A stretch of DNA of 64,000 nucleotides from Heterodontus francisci (lineage: Eukaryota). The translations under genes and the position numbers were made by a program. The notes under the pieces were generated by a model. The model saw only the letters and a list, made by a program, of their open reading frames with translations. It had not been told where the DNA came from and did not search any database. Location: contig NC_090408.1 in assembly GCF_036365525.1 (NCBI RefSeq), positions 30,558,269 through 30,622,268 of the forward strand, written 5' to 3'. Shown one piece after another: positions 57,745-64,000 of this stretch. Every line of letters begins with the position of its first letter. Position 1 is the stretch's first letter.

Positions 57745-60700
57745 ACTCACTTATGTTTTTCATCTGCAACCTTGTCTGTGTATGCTCAACAACTACAGAC
57801 ATGCTGTGTAGTTCAGCACCACTGGCACATTTTAGCTCTGTTCTAAGCACCAAATGAGCCCTTCGAATTTGTGTGTTTTTCACTCCCTCTGCTGATTTTT
57901 GCCACAAACTGTATATTTCATTAGGGCTTTGTATCACATCACATGAAGAGGTTTTACTTTTGCTGAAATTTGTGCTCCTCAAGGGATCTTGGTGCTCAGT
58001 TGTTCGTGCTGCACACCCATTATCAGCATTAAGCACGCTTTTTGGTCAAGTACAGCATGGCAGCTACTAATGTAGATCCTTCTGTACTGTTCCAACAATA
58101 GGCTGTATTCTCAGAATAGTACTGTGCACTGCAACAATATGGTTTTTTTTCCCACTTGCCTTTATCAGATAGCCTTCTTTGGTCAAGTATGGATGCACTG
58201 CTACTAAGTTTTGGGAGTGGACTATGTCCAAACTTATTAAAAAAGAACCCTTCCAGCAGAGATTTTCATTCTCGTCGACTGAACTGGATTTTATAGATGA
58301 AAGTATCGTCTTCTAATTCAATGTCATCAGGCCTCTTACTGTGAGGATGGGGAGGGGGGCACTTCAGAGTAAAATGAATGTGATACCATGGCAACAGGGG
58401 TCAATGGTGCAACATTTCAATTCAAAAATAATGCGTGCTATTTTACCAGGATCTTCGCTACCCTATGTATGATATTGGTACTATAAAAAGGCAAAGGTTA
58501 TAAGACTGAATGGCTTCCTCAGTCTGAAGTGGATGGATTCTGCACATGCAAATAATTTGACAGAGTATGTTCAGCTTCTATTGATCTCCAATTCAATTAT
58601 TTTGTATAAGATTATTTGATTCCGAACATTGAAGGCACTCTCAGTACTTAGGCTGATTAGATAACAAAAAGATGTTGTCATTCGTATTGGAACATGCCTG
58701 GTTCTGACTCTGAATTGAGAGACTTTCTGTTGGGTGGGGAGGGGGCTGTCTCTCGATAACTGGTTAGGAAAGAAACAACAGATGCATTTGATGAAGCCGG
58801 TTCTGATTCACAATTGTGGGGCAGAGCTGGGTCACCTTCTAATTGAGCCTGATTCAGTGTGAAGCTCAGCTGTGAGCAGTTCAAATTGATTAAAATGATG
58901 TAATCCCTCAAGGTGCAGACTGCAATTTTGTGTGATAACACCAACTAATGCACACTAGGGGAAAAAAGGTTCTGGACATCTCAATTTGGTAAATAATCAC
59001 AGTACATTATGCTAGTGATGAACTCCATCTAGTAAAACAGCTACAAGCAATTCAAAATAACTCCTGCATTGCGAGTTCGTTGATATATTTTCTACATTCT
59101 TTTTAGTCATTTAAGTTTGTACTGAAGATCTCGTAAATTGGGCCATAAGCCCACTGTCAAGGGTCTGGTATGACTCAAGGAGACAGAAGGTACAGTTGTA
59201 CTGCCATCTTCACATAAATGTGACATGAAAAGTAGCAATATCCTGTAGGTGTTGAGGGCATCTCATCCCACTTAACCTTCATACCGGCTTTGGTATAACT
59301 TTATCTTAGTGTGAAGCTGCAATTTAAAAATGTCCAGAGGGCTGTGCGATCTTTTGAACTTTAATGTTGGGAGAAAAGCAGATAGTCCATCTCGTGCTGT
59401 CCTAACTTTAAAAATGAGCTGCTGTGGTGTGGAGCTCTGTGCTTGCAGTGGGAAGAGGTCTGTTGTCACTCTGTGTGGGTGCTGATTGAGCCGAACACTG
59501 TCACGGAGTTGGGCAAATGTGCAACACAGCCAGCAAGTACCAATTAAGTCCTTAGCTGTGGAGAAATGCCAAGGAAGGCTGGTAAATTAATGGCCTAGAA
59601 TAGAGATTAACCAGAGTACATAAAGCAGTGATGTTCCCAAGAGAATTACTTATCATGTCACTATACATTTAAAAAAATCTACAGCAACATTAAAGGGACA
59701 ACTGGATTTTTTCCAAAGCCTTTAATATGCTTCTATGCATTTATGAAAAAAACTTCATAATTTATATTTATTTCTCCACTATCTTTAAGGTTTAAGCTGG
59801 AATCTTGGTCTTTCTGTCCCTGTGCCATGAGCTTCTTGAAATTATAGCCCTCCTACCCATGTAACATTTCCCAGTCAAAGGACCAGAAGGTGATCTACTC
59901 ACACGCTTAAACACTCCGAGAGTCATTATTGATCTGAGGGCTGCCTACCTGCCAATTTTCTTTCCTTATAGGGAAGAGACTAACCTGCATTCACTTCCTC
60001 TCTTTGTCTGTCAGCTGAAATTGGGAACTGGGCATGTGACAAATTGCGAATATGCAGTCGTTGTCCAACCATTTTGTGACTTAACACATTTTTCTTGTAC
60101 CAGCCTTACTGGGCTGCCTGCTGTGGTTCAGCTTGTAATTTGGTTGCTTTCTGCTAAGTTCTTTTATTTGGAAAAGTATCAAATCTCTCCTCGGCTTCTT
60201 TATTCCATTTCTGTCATAGTTAGAACAATTCTCTGTGATTGCTGCCCTTTAATTTCAGGTAACCAGTCTACAGGGTGTCTGCAGAAAGAGCTATCATAAT
60301 CATTATTAAAATAGCTCTGTAAACTGTTCTATGTGAGTCTGTGCAAGATGTACATGAAATTCAAAATCAGCAACACAACTGGAGAGGGGCCATTAATCTA
60401 TGTCTGAAATCAGTCCCAGTGAAGAGCAAATTAATTTCTCCATTGCATATCTTCTGAATTTATGTTCTGTTGAAATATTAACCTAGAGAAAAATTAAAAT
60501 TAAACGTGGAGTACATGAAATATCTTTCTTGTTCCCGGAATGCATTAAAAAAGAATTGTAATCATGATGCTTTTGCTCAGGTGCAAGGAAACTGCCATAG
60601 TAAGGTGAGAATTTAATTTATTGGAAACGCAGATCATTTCATATTTCAACATGGTGGGTGAGTTGATGCAAAGATACTACTTAATTGTGTCATAATCTGT

Positions 60701-61199
60701 GATATGCTTACTTTGTGCAGCACAAAATTGATTTGCAGTCGTTTGGCCTCTGTCTAGTAATATTAAAAAATACTCTTTCTGACTTGGGCAAGTTGAGCAA
60801 AGTGATAGAGCCATGATACAGTGACACACCCCTCAGTCCATTAAAGATATTAGTAATTAATTTTGCAATTGAGAAGTGGTTTGCCTGTAAAATATGAAAT
60901 TGTCTCACCCTACAATTTTACGGTTGAAATCTCTGGTATTCACTTAAATAAAATACTAAATATACAATTTAAATCCATTTCCTTTTTCAAGCCTTCATGT
61001 GGAACATTTGCTGTATTGAATACAAATCGATCGTTGTTTCTTTCCGTGCCACTAAATCTAAAACTGTCAAGATGTGATTGCAGTTCACACGAGGGAATAG
61101 GAACCAACACCCATTTCCCACCCACCATCACCACCCCACACGACCAAAAAAGGTCAGAGCTCACTGATGGATGTTAACATTCTGTGGTTTGGTACTAAG

Positions 61200-61800
61200 G
61201 TACATAGACCAGAAACTGCACAGCTTCCAGCACTGATTACAAAATAGAATATACACATGAGGAACACTATTTGGCTGACCCACCCTTCCAGAAAAGCCCT
61301 ACAGTTGCCCCACCTGGATATTCAGTTGTTTCTTAAAAGATTCTGGGCTTTTTCTTTCCTCTACTAATCTCCAAGAATTCCATTCCATGTGTTGATCACT
61401 CTTTGTATGAAGAACTGTCTGACATAAGTCATAACATTGCTTTTTGCCATTTTGAACCTGTATTCCTTTCTTCTGCTGTGGTTTAATGTGATGTTCTAGA
61501 TTAGTTTTTCTATACAATCTATTACCTATATTCCTCCATGAAGATCATTTCTACATTGTCTCTCTTCAAGGCTGAAAGGCCCAAGCTCCACCATTTTTTC
61601 CCCATAAGTCAGACTCATTGTCCTAGGTTTAAATTTCCCTGTCTCTTTGTAACTTTGTCCAAACTTTTGGAAGTCAAGGTACAGCATGTCAGGACTTTCC
61701 ACAATCCACTTGGGATATCACTTCCTCAAAAAACGTCAAGGAGGGACTTCCAGCTCATTTATATTGAAGCTTGGATTATTGCCATGTTACCTTATTATTC
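61200..61800 (-). mobile_element. Very old CR1 3' fragment
   Basis: WNS..LVE..SPESFKKQL remnant. ctctcttcaaggctgaaaggcccaagct block. Confidence 0.5.
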
Positions 61801-62151
61801 ACACCTTCTCGTAAAGTATTTAGAGGAAGGAGCACTCTAGTCTGTGCTGAATTAGGTGACCTCACTTATTTTGCCATTCATTCTTAGATTGAGGTAGTAT
61901 ATTTGGCTGATTTTTCTCTTCAGCGCTCCATAATTGAACAGGCTGTCAATACTGTGCAGTCCCTCATATAAAGAGTCGTCACTTCTGTAATGTAGTGAGG
62001 GATTGCAAGTACCCATGGAACCATATTCCACCTGTAGTCCAGCCTTGGGGAGAGAATACTGGCAAATAAAGAAAAACATTGGGTTCCATCCCACGTATGC
62101 CAAATTTGGATTCTGATTGATCTTATGAAAATGGCCCTGGGTCATTGGTTT

Positions 62152-63412
62152 AGGAAATAGGAGCAGGAGTAGGCCATTTGGCCCCTTGAGCCTGCTGTGC
62201 CATTCAATAAGATTATGACTGATCTGATTGTGGCCTTAACACCATTTTCCTGCCTGCCCCCCATAACTCTTGACTCCCTTGTTGATCAAAAATTGTCTAA
62301 CTCAGCCTTGAATATATTCAATGACCCAGCCTCCACTGCTCTCTGGGGAAGAGAATTCCAAAGATTACCGACCCTCTAAGAGAAGAAATTCCTCCTCATC
62401 GATGTCTTAAAAGGAAGACCCCCTTATTTTGAAACTGTGCCCCCTAGTTCTAGATTTCCCCCATGAGGCAAAACATCCTCTCAGCATCTACCTTGTCAAG
62501 CCCTTTCAGAATCTTACGCTTCAATAAGATCACCTCGCATTCTTCTAAACTCCAATGAGTATAGGCTCAACCTGCTCAACCTTTCCTCATAAGACAACCC
62601 TTTAATCCCAGGATTAAGCCTTGTGAACCTTTTCTGAACTGTTTCCAATGCAATTAGATCCCTCCTGAAGTAAGGAGACCAAAGCTGTACGCAGTAATCT
62701 AGGTGCGGTCTCACCTATACCCTACAGTTGTAGCAAGACTTACCTCCTTTTATACTCCATCCCCTTTGCAATAAATGCCAACTTTCCATTTGCCTTCCTA
62801 ATTACTTGCTGTACCTGCATGCTAACTTTTTGTGATTCATGCATGAGGACACGCAAATCCCTCTGTACCGCAGCATTCTGCAATCTCTCTTCGTTTAAAT
62901 AGTATTCTGCTTTCCTGTTCTTCCCACCAAAGTGGACAACCTCACATTTTCCCACATTATACTCCATCTTCCAAATCTATCTCTCTGCAGATTCTTTGTG
63001 TCCTTCTCGCAACTTGCTTTCCTACCTATCTTTGTATCATCCGCAAGTTTAGCCACAATACACTCGGTCCCTTCATCCAAGTCATTAATTTAGATCATAG
63101 TTGAGGCCCCAGCACTGATCCCTGTGGCACTCCACTAGTTATAGTTTGGCAACCTGAAAATGCCCATTTATCCCGACTCTCTGTTTTCTGTTAGTTAACC
63201 AATCCTCTATCCATGCTAATGTATTACCCCCAATACCATAAGCTCTTATCTTGTGTAGTAACCTTTTATGTGGCACATTATCAAATGCCTTTTGGAAGTC
63301 CATCTACTGGTTCTCCTTTATCCACCATTTTTGCTGCATCCTCAAACAACTCGAGCAAATTTGTCAAACACGATTTCACTTTCATAAAACCATGCTGACT
63401 CTGCTTGATTAC
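62152..63412 (-). mobile_element. CR1 LINE 3' portion (RT to tail)
   Basis: SQHGF..SCLTNLLE, KLADDTKIG, KCEVVHFG, RPHLDYCVQLWSPY and LEFRRMRGDLIE. Confidence 0.94.
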
Positions 63413-63559
63413 AGAGTATTCAGAGTATAGCTGATTTCTAGCTGTGCCGCAGGTATAATTTTGTGACTGCAGGATTCTGCATTGTAACAAAATGCCCCGG
63501 TTATGATTGAAAAAGTTTCAGAGTGTTGCACTTCTTGACTTTCAGAACATGTTTCTTTG

Positions 63560-64000
63560 TTGCTGTGAGTAAAGTTTGTGGAAGAACTTCAAGGAGCTGG
63601 TCATCCCACAGGCAGTAAGAATTCAGGATACTAGCTGGGTAGCCGTCCGGAAGACTAGGAAGAGGCAAGAGGCGTGGGAGTCTTTGGGGGGGTGTGTCCC
63701 ACTCTCATACAGTTACTCAGCATTGGAGACTATCGGCAGTGACAATACCCCAAAGAAGTGCAGTCCAGACCATGGCACCAGGGGGCAAGGGACTGTACAG
63801 GAGGGAACAGCAAAGTGTAGAAATGCAGTTGTTGTAGGAGATTCCATAGACATGGGAATAGACAGGCATTTCTTAACCGTCATCTTCAGTCCCGCATGGT
63901 GTATTGCCTCCCTGGTGCCAGGATAAAGGACATCATGGAGAGGGTGCAGGATATTCTGCAGGGGGAAGGGAGTGAGCCAGAAGTTGTGGTACACGTTGAT
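63560..64000 (+). mobile_element. CR1 ORF1 fragment (SGNH/esterase-like), runs off the window
   Basis: WVAVRK..VPLSYSYSAL..AVVVGDSI, then after a frameshift CLPGARIKDIMERVQDILQGEGSEPEVVVHV. Confidence 0.88.

Noticed and set aside
58678-58944. 88-aa minus-strand ORF with protein-like composition
   Set aside because: Non-ATG start, no recognisable domain and no clear splice boundaries.

Overview
Vertebrate genomic DNA, most likely from a shark (elasmobranch), judged from its repeats: CR1 and L2 LINEs, Deu-domain SINEs and Neptune-type Penelope elements. I could not identify any host protein-coding exon. The only clear host feature is a CpG-rich, TATA-less promoter at about 5.06-5.21 kb (CCAAT, GC and E2F-like boxes). 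It is followed by a probable non-coding first exon ending at a GTAAGT donor (5282), so most of the window is probably a long intron. A strong minus-strand donor at 4850 hints that the promoter is bidirectional. Nearly all long ORFs derive from transposons: CR1, L2, two RTE families, a Penelope RT/GIY-YIG ORF and a decayed Harbinger (Myb plus transposase). Several MITEs and a solo LTR are also present. The most unusual item is a ~3.2-kb LINE (51793-54975, minus strand). It has a tRNA-Thr(AGT)-like head with a perfect Pol III B box, no ORF1, and no TTTT on its sense strand by my scan, which suggests a protein-coding retrotransposon transcribed by Pol III. Second is a set of Penelope-derived mini-insertions carrying minimal hammerhead ribozyme motifs and their own 14-15 bp target-site duplications (TSDs). 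Family names come from motif recognition by eye, not database searches, and old-repeat boundaries are approximate.
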